A DNA stretch of 64,000 bases. It comes from Neodothiora populina (lineage: Eukaryota). Below are positions 35,227 to 47,690 of the stretch, one piece after another. Location of the stretch: positions 1,302,001 to 1,366,000 of the forward strand of contig NW_027191408.1 in assembly GCF_041146345.1 (NCBI RefSeq). Reading direction: 5' to 3'. Under the pieces are notes generated by a model. That model saw only the letters and a program-made list of their open reading frames with translations. It did not search any database and was not told the origin of the DNA. Each line of letters begins with the position of its first letter. The stretch's first letter is position 1. The translations under genes and the position numbers were made by a program.

Positions 35227-35325
35227 GGTTGTGTGGTGTAATGGCAGCACGTAACGTTGTGGATAGTTCTTCAAGAACCAACCAACGATTCCGTTACAAT
35301 CCCGGTTCGATTCCGGGCACAGCCA
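35227..35325 (+). tRNA. tRNA-His(GTG) with a 28-nt intron (35263-35290)
   Basis: GGTTGTG/CACAGCC acceptor stem, TAACG-TT-GTG-G^C-CGTTA anticodon arm, GGTTCGATTCC B-box, T8 terminator. Confidence 0.95.
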
Positions 35326-35341
35326 GGATCTTTTTTTTGCT

Positions 35342-35437
35342 CTTTCCTCTTCTGTAACCAGGAGGACTCTTTGCTTTCCTCTTCTGTAACCAGGAGGACT
35401 CTTTGCTTTCCTCTTCTGTAACCAGGAGGACTCTTTG
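35342..35437. repeat. Perfect tandem repeat, 3 x 32 bp (CTTTCCTCTTCTGTAACCAGGAGGACTCTTTG)
   Basis: Identical units at 35342-35373, 35374-35405 and 35406-35437, with no spacers. Confidence 0.97.
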
Positions 35438-36923
35438 CTACCGGGAGCAAAATAATTCGGTGGTTTGCTTCAGTTCACAAGACTCGTCTCATGAGTTGTG
35501 TCATGCACATCGAGTTTTTCCCTTCAGGTCTGATGTTAGCACCCCTCTGTGTTGCCTCTAGGAGCTTTCAGCAACGGCAGTCCGCTTCCAAAACCAGCTC
35601 CCTTGGACAGTCATGAATGTATCGACTTTATCCAACATGTAGTGCGAGGATACAGAGCATGCCTTCAGTCATGTCGACCTAACAGTTTACTCATGACGTG
35701 CTTCGCAGCACAGCAGTGCGTTCATTGCTGGTAATTAGATGCACCCTGCATATCAGCGCGATGCTGACGGATCTGGCGATCAGAGTACGTCAAGCGACGT
35801 GATGCGAGATCAGTCTCGAGCCGAGGTATAAGGTGGGTCATTTGACACAATACTGCAGACTTTCGTACGCCGTGAAGGTGTGTCTGGAGAGAAGGGCTAG
35901 CAGCGCATTCTTGCTCTGTCTGATTGCACCAACACATACTTTTGAACTTATAATCCACTTCGGTGTCTTCATCCACCAACTGGGCAGCTTGACCGCCGAA
36001 TTCGTAAACATGGTACTCGTGCAGGAAGATAATTGCCTGTCGCAAGAGAAACGCAGGCATCAGACCTTATCAACCAAGCGACGTCGTATCGTGTGTATCT
36101 GAGAATTACTTGCAAACAAATGTCAGTGCTGAATTTGCGTGTACCAGAACCGGGGTTCCGGGTTTGTGGCTTACATCTCGGCGATCGATCTGGTGTTTTG
36201 ATGGCGTCTTCTGCGACGGCGGGATGCTTTTTGGGATCTTGTGGACTAGATCTGTGATATTGTGCATATAGAGGTATGCGGTGTTCAGTCATGGCATTTT
36301 GCGTCCATAAATTGTAAGCATGACGGGGATGTACATTGAGTGTGGCATTGCTTGCCGCGTCCAGTCGCCATAGGACGAAGCAGCAGATGTGACCCGAGAA
36401 TCTAGGGCAACCCTGTCCGCTCTTCCGCATTCGTCAGCATTATTGTATAATCAGCGATCACTCGGCATAGAGGCACGAGACATGGGGGCGACGGTCGTCC
36501 TTGACAGGAGATAGATTTCATGTATATAAAGTGGTTAAAGTCTTATGAACAAAGCACACGAATGCCCTCAGCTACGGGCCTATGTAGCAAAATGCTCAAG
36601 CTTACTTTCACGATTCGCGTATATGAAAGCCAGCCCAACACCACCTAACTCACTCGTGGTCGCATCATTTACTCTCCTGCCGTCTTGGTGGCATCAGACA
36701 TTTCCACAGTCACAGTTGTAATTTGGTCTAGGACTTGGAAAAGCAACTTTGTACATGACGGGACTAAACTACAGAGCGGCCATGGGATATGAACGCAAGA
36801 CTGACAGGCAAATTCCCGCCTCCCAATCGCTCGTCGCGTTGCACTCTTCTCATTCATTCGTTCCACGCACTCAGCCTCGAGAGATTCTACTCACGCAAGG
36901 CGGGTAAATTCCTCTCGCTCGAT

Positions 36924-38194
36924 CTAACAGCTAGCGCCGGTGGGGATACCCTCGCACTTGTCGCTCTTCTTGCCACCGGTGATAGAGACGCCCTCCCAGG
37001 TCCAGTCGCTGCAAGAAGCACAGAGAATGTAGATGGGGCTTGCGTCGTCTGCGACGGTTCCGGTGACGCCAGAGACAGTGACTTCGGTGACGGGGATGCC
37101 GTCGGTGGGGGTGCCAGTGGGGGAGCCGTTCTCGTAGTCCTGCTCGATGACAATGCCGTAGTCGGTGATGCCGCTGAGCTTGATCTCGGAGTAAGTGATG
37201 TTCTTAACAGTGCCAGTCTCGCCAGAGACGGTCTTGATGCGGACACCCTGTAATATCATTGTCAATCACCAAAAATCATCATATGACCTGCGAGAGAGTA
37301 CTTACGTTCATGCTGTTGACGATCTGGGAGTTCTCAATGACAATGTTTTCAACAGTGTTGTCACTGCGACCACCGACGGAGCCAATAGAAAGACCGTGGC
37401 CACCGGAGCAGTAGCCGCCAGTGAAGGTGATACCAGAACCCGAGTTGATAGCCAAGCAGTCATCTTGGTTGTAAACAGTACAACCACTGATAGTGACATC
37501 GGTACTGCTGCCCACGTCAAAAGCATCGGTGTTGTGGCCCAAGGCGTCGCCGTCAGAGTTGGTCTTGTCACCATCCTTGTTGTCTACAGTCACATTGGAA
37601 ACAGTGAGGCCTTGGGCACCGTTGATACTGAAGATCTGGACAGGGGAGTTCTTGATCGTAATGTCGGAGATGGAAGAGGAGATGAGCTTGTGCGCCTCGA
37701 AGAACTTAGGCTTGGTCTTGCCACCGTTACCTCCCTTGCCGTCCCACCAACGGCTGCCATCACCGTCGAGGATAGCACCATCGGCGCCCTGGACCTTGAT
37801 ACCAGTGCCAGCAACACTAACGAGAGGGCCCTCCCACTCGTCGTATCCGAAGGTGGTAGTTCCCTGGAAAATGACGGTAGTGTCATCGTTGAGATTCTGA
37901 TTGTTAGGTTAGCACTAGGCTGGGTACACACTCTGTGTTTTCAGAGCCACCCACAGTCAAGTCCAGAGTGGCACCAGAAGGCACGGCGACATTGTCAAGG
38001 ACGATAGTAGCGCATGATGCCTGCGAAGCACTGACAGCGGCGGCATCCGAGAAAGTGCAAGCACCGCCGGACGAAGAAGTGCTGGCGCGGAGGTTCAGAC
38101 GAGGCTTGGGGGTCACTGCAGGCGCGGCAGGAAGAGCCAAGGTGGAAACACCACTGGCCAAGAGAGCAAGTGCGACGGAAGAAATGCTAGGCAT
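36924..38194 (-). CDS. Endopolygalacturonase, glycoside hydrolase family 28, 3 exons (introns 37897-37954, 37248-37305)
   Basis: Signal peptide; catalytic motifs NTD, QDD, GHG and RIK; conserved Cys pattern. Confidence 0.96.
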
Positions 38195-38581
38195 GATTCC
38201 AAAAAGTAGATAGATTCAAAGAGTGAATATAGCTAAGGTAGTTGTACAGAGAAACGATTGACAGAAAGATACGAGACCGGCTCGAGAAGGAATGTGAATG
38301 ATGACAAGATAAGTCAAGTCTGCAGAGATGGAAGACCTACCTTATATACCCCCTTCACTTGACGGATGTCGACCGCCGTCGTTGAGTGACCCTCACTGAA
38401 TGACCTTCGCTGGAGGTGCACCGAGCAGGACCGTGAGGTTACAGATTGGACCCGCAGGCTCTCACTGGTCAAAGTCTTCCATGCTGTCCGTGCCGACGTC
38501 GGAACCACGGCGGTAGGACAATGTAGTCTGCTATACAGGAATGATTGCTTCGCCAACAGGTTGATGCTCTATCCTTGCTAG

Positions 38582-38590
38582 TCCCCCAAA
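38582..38590. promoter_or_regulatory. Possible galacturonic-acid-responsive element (CCNCCAA) upstream of the polygalacturonase
   Basis: TCCCCCAAA lies about 390 bp upstream of the GH28 ATG, with TATATAAG on the minus strand at 38341-38348. The motif is short and could be chance. Confidence 0.3.
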
Positions 38591-39155
38591 TGACGGCCAC
38601 GCACGCATGCGTCGGGATGTCGAGTAACGGAGCAATAAAGCAATATATCTGAGGGAGGAAAGCGGAGAGTTAAGCATCCCAATCGAAGGCTGCGGGAGCG
38701 GGTGGCGTGCCAAGGCCAATCTATTCTGTGCAGCGACCACTTACCTCCGCAAACAGGTCGATGGTGAAACTCGTACCGTTCAGGCCTAAGCAAGGATCGA
38801 TAAGATTGGTGCATACGCGTTTTAAGACACCATGACTTTGCCGGTGGTTGTTCCTGTCAGCTACTTCGTATCAAGCCCCAAGCGAGGGACCGGATGGAGA
38901 AATAGCTGTGCTGATCAACATCTGACGTGGTTCAGACTCTGCTATGACTTAACATATTCAGAAATATCGCTGCCGATCCGAGTGTGTAATTGTTGCAAGC
39001 GACTATATTTGTTGCGCTCTATTATCTCTGAAGTTTTGCTTACACCCCTCCCTGGTGCAATCTGGACAGAATATACCTGACATATTCCCCAAACGCCATG
39101 CGCAATCATCTGATGAAGAAAAAAACTCCGATCTCCTACAGAAGAGAAACATAAC

Positions 39156-40945
39156 TCAAAGTGTTGAGGCATCATAATCTCTGCTCATCAGTGTTCGTAG
39201 CGTCTCGCGACTACATCTAGGGCTCAAGTCTGGAACGCTACTATCCGGAGTGATTGCAGTATTCGCAGAGGAACCTGCAAGCGATGGGGTATACACTCTA
39301 TATCCATCAACGATGAAGACATCGTCATCTGGCTGAGATGAATAGTCTGGAAGCTTTTCCGATCCGTAGGAGGGCAGACTGTCCGATCGCGACCGCGAGT
39401 CTTCGTACTTTGCGTGCTGTGATGAGCGGTTGATCTCGGAATTGGAGGATAATCGTCCCTCCGAGATGACCGCCTGCCACGCTTGCTCGATGTCACTTGT
39501 ATCGACGTGATCGCCAGTCGCGAACGACGCAGCTTCAAGGACAAGCGCTTGCTTTTCTCCACAATCGAGTTGACGGCATGGGAGCCGAAACAAAGCCCTA
39601 AAAGCAACCCAGCGTTTGCGAATCGCTTCTTTGCGAGCAAGTCGCCGATACTCGCGAGCGCGCCTTCGTTCCTCGCGGTCTGCCAGTCTTTCCGTTCGTC
39701 GGCGGAAAGATCGACACTTTCGACGAATGCAGGAGAGCAACCCGGTCACGCCGAGTACGCCAGCGAGGACTTCGAGTACTAGTATAATGATACTCTGCTT
39801 GTCCGTATGTTCAGGGCTGGGGCGATGGGAAGTCGGATCGGTTCCGTAATTCAGATTCTTCTCATCGGCCACGATTGCTTGCCATTGACGTTCATCACTG
39901 ACCAATGGAGACTGCTGAAGTGATGATTTGATGGTGGCCATGAGATCCATGACAGCATGACGAATGTGCTGGCAAATGGCTTTGCCCGAACACTTCACGT
40001 CATGATTACACTCCTGAAGGTCGTCACTGAGTCTGGTACGACAGTCCATGGTCAATCTACGAATGAGCTCGCGCTCTTCCTCGAAGCGCTTGCGAAGTTC
40101 TTTAGCGGGTGGGTTCTCGGAGTCAGTGGACTCTTCGGAACTATTAGCTGCTGTCGATGCATGGCCGTCTGAGTCGGGCAGAGGCTCGCTCTCAGAAGGG
40201 AACAGGGCGGAAGCGATCTCGTGTTCGTTGTCCAGAGATAGACATGTAGTATCCGGATGGGGATGAGGGATCACGAGAGTGGCAGCTTGTAGAGTAGCGT
40301 TGAAGACAACAGTGAACGAAGGGAATGTATCGCGAGAAGCCCCGTCCAAAGGGTCTATGTCGAAGAAGAGAACCTGTCGAGGTGAGGGTAGTGATGACAG
40401 TGAGGTTGTGTCGCAAAAGCCTTGCACAGAAAGCGCGACGGTCTCATTAGCGGTCGTGATATTGAAGGATGATGCTTGGTCGACACCGCCTCGTAAATCA
40501 ACGTTGAATGATTGACCGTTCAAAGTCAAAGACACATTGTCGCATTCATGACTTTCTTCAAGATCATGTACAAGTTCAAAAGGCTAGAGTGAGTGAATAA
40601 AGTCAGATATATAGAATAACCGGTATGGAGCAACGCCGTATTCTTGGCTTACCAGGGCCGCGTCAGCTGGGCCATTAAAGCAGCCGGGACATGCGACCGC
40701 AAAGGCTACTGCATGCCGATATGCTGCTACACATCGACCATCAGTTTCATTTGATCCTTATTGCATGACGGAATCGGCCTACCCTGAGCTGGATCATCCT
40801 CTGCGTCGTGGAGAGGAGAGGATGGGACGATAATCGGATGTGGAACGGCGCTTATGAGTGGTGCGAGGATGATCGTGATGTAGAGAACGTTAAAGACACA
40901 AGGAGCACATAATAAGGAGATGATGGTAGTAATGAGAGAAGACAT
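39156..40945 (-). CDS. Hypothetical fungal single-pass membrane protein, 3 exons (introns 40727-40782, 40584-40652)
   Basis: Hydrophobic N-terminus, CPGC motif in exon 2, TM segment IIILVLEVLAGVLGVTGLLSCI followed by an Arg-rich stretch, LPSY/LPDY motifs and a C-terminal TPDSSV..SPR.SRET motif. Confidence 0.8.
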
Positions 40946-41602
40946 GTTGATTCGAACGTATCGCGATAATCTACATTGGCCTTGTGGCCCGTCGAGTATA
41001 ACGTCGGCCCCTCCTCGATAGTTGAAGTATTGTAGATTAATGGCGCAGGTCTCTGAGGATAGAGCAGGTCCTTATGATGGGTTCAGGCAACAGGATGAAT
41101 GACTGATACGCCAAGCGGAGGCTCACGGCGGAGCACCTGAAGGATCAAGTCTTCTTTTGGTATTATTTACGAGAGTTTTGCCGTGTCCAAAAAACCCATG
41201 CCGCGACCATCCCTATTGAGGGACAAGTTGCGTCAAGGGTTTGAGGTCTGTGCTTCACATTTCGACCATGAGATTCCACCCCGTCACGTCGGACATATAA
41301 GGACCCGAGAACGCCGATAATCCGACCGGGCGTTTGTCCAGCATTTAGGGTTTGGCTCGTGCGGCTCTTGCCGCTTTGACGTCGCCGTGTCGCTGCTTCT
41401 CAGTGTCGTCGCCCTACAGAGGCAGGCGCGAAGCAGCGACTAAGCTCGAATGATGACAATGCGACAAAGCTATACCTCAATCTAGAAAGAGCTACCCTAC
41501 CTACCTTATCCAGTACGGCATATTGAATCACCATCGCGTGTATCCAGTCATTATTTATTGAATCTCGTCGTATCCTCTCTTTCTCTGCTTGATCTCCTCG
41601 AC

Positions 41603-42127
41603 ATGGTGGTGAGTTTCCGCGTCTACAACTCCTCAGCGATTATGTGCTCACCTCAGGCATCTAACACTCACATCTTGCATGACAGCTCCCACTTGGACTA
41701 CTCATCGCGGCGCAAGGCCATCCTATGCTGGTTGAACTCAAGAATGGCGAGACCTTGAACGGCCATCTTGTCAATTGTGACACATACATGAATCTCACTC
41801 TCAAGGAAGTCATTCAAACGAGTCCGGATGGCGATAAGTTCTTCCGGTTACCAGAATGCTACATAAGAGGAAACAACGTATGGCTATTTTTGGAATGGGA
41901 GTATACGATTGGGCGCGGGCTGACCTAAAGCGCCACAGATTAAATACCTACGAATGGAAGATGAAATCGTCGATCTGGTGAAGGACCAACAACAAAGTCA
42001 GCAATCATCAAGAGGCGGTAGAGGAGTAGGGGCTCAAGGCAGAGGAGACCACGGTGGAAGGGGAGATAGAGGTTCCGGAAGAGGTAGAGGAGGCAACCGT
42101 GGTAGAGGCAGAGGTCGCGGTCAATGA
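41603..42127 (+). CDS. LSM4: U6 snRNA-associated Sm-like protein LSm4, 3 exons
   Basis: [28 protein letters not shown]...YIRGNNIKYLR with an RG/RGG-rich tail; TGA at 42125-42127. Confidence 0.95.
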
Positions 42128-42601
42128 GAGGCGCTGTGCACGAAGGCGAAAGAAGGAGGATACCCATCACCCGACACTACCTAAACGCGATTGCACAGTT
42201 GGCGGTTATCACTCGAAAATTTTGCGAAGTGGCATGCTAATATGATCATGGTCACACATTATTGCTTTTCAGCGTGAGTTCTGAAAGCCATTGACGATAA
42301 ATTAATACCTGCTTCGCTGTCCTGAACTCGAAGGGATAGAGAATGTCTCAACTTCTCTTCTTCTCGATTGATCAGGTGGGCAAAGGTGGCAGTGAACTCA
42401 AGATACATTATAAACACAAAGGTTGTGGGCACTAAATGCTATTAAGAGTTCTCTAAACCAAAACCAAAACAATCAAAAAGAGCTTATCGACTCAGTATCT
42501 GAACGCCATATCTCGAAAGATTTGCCCCGAGGTATCGTGCAACCAAGAATCGCGAACCCGCACATCCAAAACGCCGCCACAAAACCCACTGATTCTGGTG
42601 A

Positions 42602-43755
42602 CTATGTGACCCTGCTGACTCTGACGTTGTCTACAGTCACTTGCGCTGTTTTCCCCGTCAGGCCGTTGCCGGTGAGGCACTGTAATGTGATGCAAATCAT
42701 GTCGTCCTGTTGTGTGGCTTCGAAGGTCTGACTCATTGTGCCCCATGTCGCTGCCGGAGTACCTGCACCGTCCTTTGCACCCGCACTGGCTGGGCCTGCT
42801 CTCGTTAGGAGCATCTCATCCCAACCGTAGTTATAGAGACTCAGGCTGCCACCAATGGAACCCGAGGACGGAAACTTGTATTTGAAGCTGACTTGGTACG
42901 TTTGGCCGGGGCAGATAGGGAGCCTGGGGCTGCATATAGAGCCATGCGAGTCTGCAGTCGATGCATACTTACACGCCAATATCGCTGCCGAACCTGAGCT
43001 ATCGAAGCTGGCCCCAGTTGCCACACTGGCATATGAGGCAGGATTGGCCGTTTTGGTCCAAGAGGCAAGGCCAGACACGAAATTGCCCGCTGCAGTAGTC
43101 AACGCATTATTTGAGCAAGTCGATGTTTTCGTAGAAGCAATGCTGGTCCGTGATGTCATCGTTGTTGTTCTAGTTACTACTTGGGAGGTTGTGGATGTAC
43201 CAGACAAGCATTTGCAAGCTTTTTTGAGGTCATTCACGCTGATGCCTGGAATAGTAGACCTCGTGCGATCCCTAGCCATTCATTAGCATAACAGCGAAGT
43301 CGTGAATACTGGACGAGATGTTCGAGGACTGACTGATACATATAGAACGAACAGAATGCCGACGGACTCGGATACTCATTGGACAATACTTTGGTGTATA
43401 CACTACAGCTGGATCCTGCTTTCGGCGCGAACATTGTGTTGTATCTGCGTGGTGTTCTTGCAGAAGCGGTGATACATTTGCATGCCGCCCAAGTGTCCGA
43501 TGCTCCTAGCAATTGGAAGGGGGAATTCGTGCGCGGACTGTCAGAACTCGTGTCAGTCGGTGTTTCCAATCTCTCGTATTGATCTTATACATACTATGAG
43601 AGGTAGAAGTCACAGAAGAAGATGGCATGTTTTGAACTGCGATTCACATAGGCCACATTCTTCGAGTTGCATGTAGCAGCTCGCCCCTCAACCACTGCGC
43701 ATATTACACACGACACGAAGGCGAGGAGGTTAAATGTGACAGACAAGAGGCGCAT
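42602..43755 (-). CDS. Secreted Cys-rich protein with two N-terminal repeats, a Thr/Ser linker and a putative carbohydrate-binding (galactose-binding-like) C-terminal domain; 3 exons
   Basis: Signal peptide MRLLSVTFNLLAFVSCVICA; repeats FCxFY...ACKC; C-terminal PGQTYQVSFKYK...WGTMSQTFEAT...VDNVRV. Introns at 43538-43594 and 43272-43333. Confidence 0.75.
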
Positions 43756-44190
43756 GGTGTTACGAACGGTGGAGGTACTGCTGAAGTAAAGAGGTGGCTT
43801 GAGAAGAAACACCTACCTGAGCCCACCCATATATATTCATGGACCCATGGGGTAAGTACTGTTATATGTTCATCGACTTTCCACATATATGTCATGGCCG
43901 ACGACATTTCGACGTTCAGATTCTGCATTCCCAGCCACGAGGACTATGAATTGTATAGAAGAAGTTGTCAACATTAGAACGGTATACGGTTGATATCTAA
44001 CGGCGAATCGTGGTTACCCGCCACAATTGACCGGCAGTGAGGGATGCTTTCGCAAGTATATTGCACTCAACGTGATCGTCCAGAATCATACAGTCGTCTC
44101 TTCAGAAGCATGAATTACAAGTCATATGGATCAGTACAGTGCGTTGCTGGTGTACAGTGAGTTGTCGATACATTGAGAGATCAGAGTAAA

Positions 44191-44232
44191 GTAAGGTAAG
44201 GTGAAGTGAATAGGGCAGGCTAAGGTAAGGTA
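44191..44232. repeat. Imperfect (GTAAG)n low-complexity microsatellite
   Basis: gtaaggtaaggtgaagtgaa...taaggtaaggta. Confidence 0.5.
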
Positions 44233-45226
44233 GACATGCTGTTCAAGCCAAGACCGTTAAAACGCTTTCCTCACGCGTGCCGGCTTTCAGCCACCTAGGT
44301 ACCCAACACATGAGCTCTCGGCATTATTCTACAGTCCCTATCGAACACTTTTCGGGACTTGTAGGGACCATGTCGTCGAGTCGCGGGAGATCAGACAGTT
44401 CGTGTGATGACTTTGCATGTGCCGAGCTCTCACAATGAAACCATCAAACGCTTGACCGAACGTAGCATCAGCATGTAGCCGAAATGCGAAAATATGATTA
44501 ATGACCTGGGCAGACCGCAATGCATGAAGAGTACGGTATATTGATTAATAGGTGCTGCGACCTTGCCTTGAGCACTTCTCTCAAACTGGCCTCGACTTGA
44601 TCGCATCGAGTAGGATGTCATCAACGAAACCAATTTGAGCTTGTGATCATGCAAGAATCTCAGGTCCTAATTTCACAAGCTTAGCAAGATGTACGGTCAA
44701 CGCCATTAGAGACTGCAGCGATGAGCGACAACCATCATATATTAAATACGATTCGAGGCAATGTACAGTCACAGGTCATCCTTAAGTTCAGACTTCCCTC
44801 GGATGTGCTACAATCATACTTCAGGCAAGATCTGCGGAGTGCAGCTCCAAAGCTACTCCACTATTTCACTTTGTTATAGCGATACCCGCTCCGCTGGCCA
44901 GCAGGATTGTTAGCGCGATTCCGCCATCTGGACTCCATTGTCGCCATCTGGTGGTCACTTAGGATTGGACAAATGTTATTGGTCGGAATAGTGTCATGGT
45001 CCACCAAAGGTCTTGCTCAACAAGCATGTTCAATATCTGGTCGCAGGATCGAGGGTACTATGATGAAAGTACTGCATTAATTACGCGATGCAGGGAGGGA
45101 GGTGTGATACTGGCGATGCTCATCATCCCAGGGGGACAGACAACCGTCATGGTCGAAATGGATATTTAAAAAGGCTTAGACCTCAGCCTGGTCTGCCATT
45201 CTCATGTGCTACCTATCTCGAGCACT

Positions 45227-46921
45227 ATGGAGGATATCACCACCAATGCCAATGCGGGCGCCTCTGCTACATCTGACGCAAGTAACAAGAAGGTGCAATC
45301 TGTAGTGTCTGAAAGTCGGACATTCGATACAGGTGGAATAACTACACCAACAAGTGATTCTCTCGCGATATCACATGATACCAATCGAACAAGTCCCACC
45401 CCCGGCAATCTGAAGCACAAGCTACGAACGGTGCAACGCTACATCTGGGATGACCCGGATAAGTCTTCTGAAGAGAAGAAATTCTTACTCAAACTTGACT
45501 TCTTCCTCCTCAGCTACTCTTGTCTCGGCTACTTCTGCAAAAATTTGGATCAACAGAACGTGAGCAATGCATACGTTTCTGGAATGAAGGAGGACCTACA
45601 TATGGGAGGCAATCAACTATCGTACCTAAGCAATGTCTTCACTGCTGGCTACGTCGTGAGCCAGCTTCCAGCGGTCATTCTGGTGACCAGAGTCCGGCCA
45701 TCGTACCTGGTATCAACGTTGGAGGTCCTGTGGTCGATCTTGACCTTCTGCAGCGCTGCTGCGAAGAATGTCTCACATCTATACGCTCTACGATTCCTCA
45801 TTGGAGTCTGTGAAGGCGCGTTCTTCCCTTGCATGGTGAGTTTATATTGAAATTAGTTAGGAGACGGGAGCTGATACAACATTAAGGTATACGTGATCAA
45901 CTCTTGGTATCAGAAAGACGAACGGGCCAAGCGTATGACTCTGTTCTACGCCACGGCAAGTCTGTCACATATGTTCTCAGGCTATCTGCAAGCCGGCGCA
46001 TACAACGGACTGAATGGGGCTCTCGGACACACTGGCTGGCAATGGCTCTTTATCATCTGCGGCGTCATCAGTCTGCCTGTGGGCATCGTAGGGTATTTCT
46101 TCAACCCCGACTTTCCAGATAATACCCGTGCCTTCTACCTTAATAAAGGCGAGATTGAATTTGCGAGACAGCGCCTGAGGAAAAGCGGATACAAAGCATT
46201 GGGCACGTCAGCCTGGGATAAAAAGAAGATCTTCCGCATCGTAGCCTCATGGCAGTTTTGGGTGCTGTCCTTCGGATATTTCTTTGTCCAGTCAAGTTAC
46301 CCATCCCAGCAGCCCTTCTACTCTCTATGGCTCAAGGCGGAGCACCACTCGGTATACCAGATCAACGTATGGCCAACTGGACAGAGTGCGATTGGCGTCG
46401 TCACACAGGTGGTGGCAGGCATGCTGTCAGATTCGCCTTTACTGAATGGTCGACGTTGGCAGGCCATCATTGTGATGCAAGGCGGGACAATCTTCTCGAC
46501 AACTGTGCTAGCCGTCTGGAACGTGCCTATTGGACTGAAGTACGCTGCCTTTTACATATCCTACATGGCTGCGGGAGTTCCAGCCCTGTACTTTTCCTGG
46601 TTTCCTGATCTCATGCCAGACGATCATGAGATGGGAGGATTCATGACTGCTTTCGCGAACATGTTCTCATACATCAATGTTATTTGGTACACAGACGCGG
46701 TGTGGCGAACATCAGAAGCACCCAGGTTCAAGGCTGGATTCATCGCTGCAGCTTGCTTAGGTGTAGCGCTTATTCTGACATCGCTTGGTATGCGCTTCCT
46801 TGAGCTAAGAGACGGGAAGATTCGCGAAAAACATACGAACGGGCTCGGGGATGTGGAAACGCCAGTGATTGTCGGAGAGGAAGAAGAGCCTCGGGAGGAC
46901 TCAAGTCGAAAATCGCATTGA
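45227..46921 (+). CDS. MFS transporter, anion:cation symporter family (Liz1/Fen2 pantothenate-transporter-like), intron 45836-45886
   Basis: YIWDDPDKS.EEK.FLLKLD, KNLDQQNVSNAYVSGMKEDL, LRFLIGVCEG, SWY..DERAKR, GWQWLFIICG. ATG at 45227. Confidence 0.92.
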
Positions 46922-47572
46922 AATAGTTGACTTGGACGCTTTCGGGTAGGATAATGTAGAGGGCTCAGCTCATTCTAGATACTTGGTAACTAAATACCTA
47001 TTCACCACGACACCTAGGTTGATTGCGCTGATATCACCGAGCTTGATAACCGAACCTAGTTTTGCCATTCAAGTCAGTCAAATGTATGTCCGACTGCAAC
47101 AGAAGTTGATCATATACGCACAGTAAGCCTCCGCATATTTGGACACTACAAAGAGAACAAACCTGACCACGAGATACCATTTAGTGGCGGCAACCTCCAC
47201 TGTCAAGGACCTCAGCCATCCACTGTACAGTAGAGTAGTGTCCATTGGCTGTACCTTCCCAATATGGACAGACGAGTTCCTACCGCGTTTCTCAAACACA
47301 AAGCTCGAAGTACTATTGATCCAAGCCTTACATATTATGTACAGTAAGCTACCTTAAGTTCCGGTTCATAGTAGAGATAAGACCGTCCTTTTGCTTGCCG
47401 TCACGTATTTCAAGATAAGCGTTCCTGTGCTCAATTGTCATTTGAGCGTCTAGCAGCTTGCGGCCGCCATTATTGGCCTTGAACCTTCTTCTTCGGCTGG
47501 ACATCCCGAATAGGGTATAGCGTCGCTAGAGGCACATCACCATCGCTCTATTGTAAGACCATCACCTGGTAG

Positions 47573-47580
47573 TATATAAA
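47573..47580 (+). promoter_or_regulatory. TATA box of the copper amine oxidase gene
   Basis: TATATAAA about 110 bp upstream of the ATG at 47691. Confidence 0.55.
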
Positions 47581-47690
47581 CACCGAGATGCACTCCGTGG
47601 TCTCTGTTCACCTTAATTCTCGCATCAGACAAGTCCAACTATTCTCATTACTTCACTAGACGGCTGATTGATAGTTGGTGTGTTAGTAAC

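Noticed and set aside
35342..35437. CRISPR-like array (32-bp hairpin-forming repeats)
   Set aside because: The units are directly adjacent with no spacers, there are no cas genes, and the context is eukaryotic.
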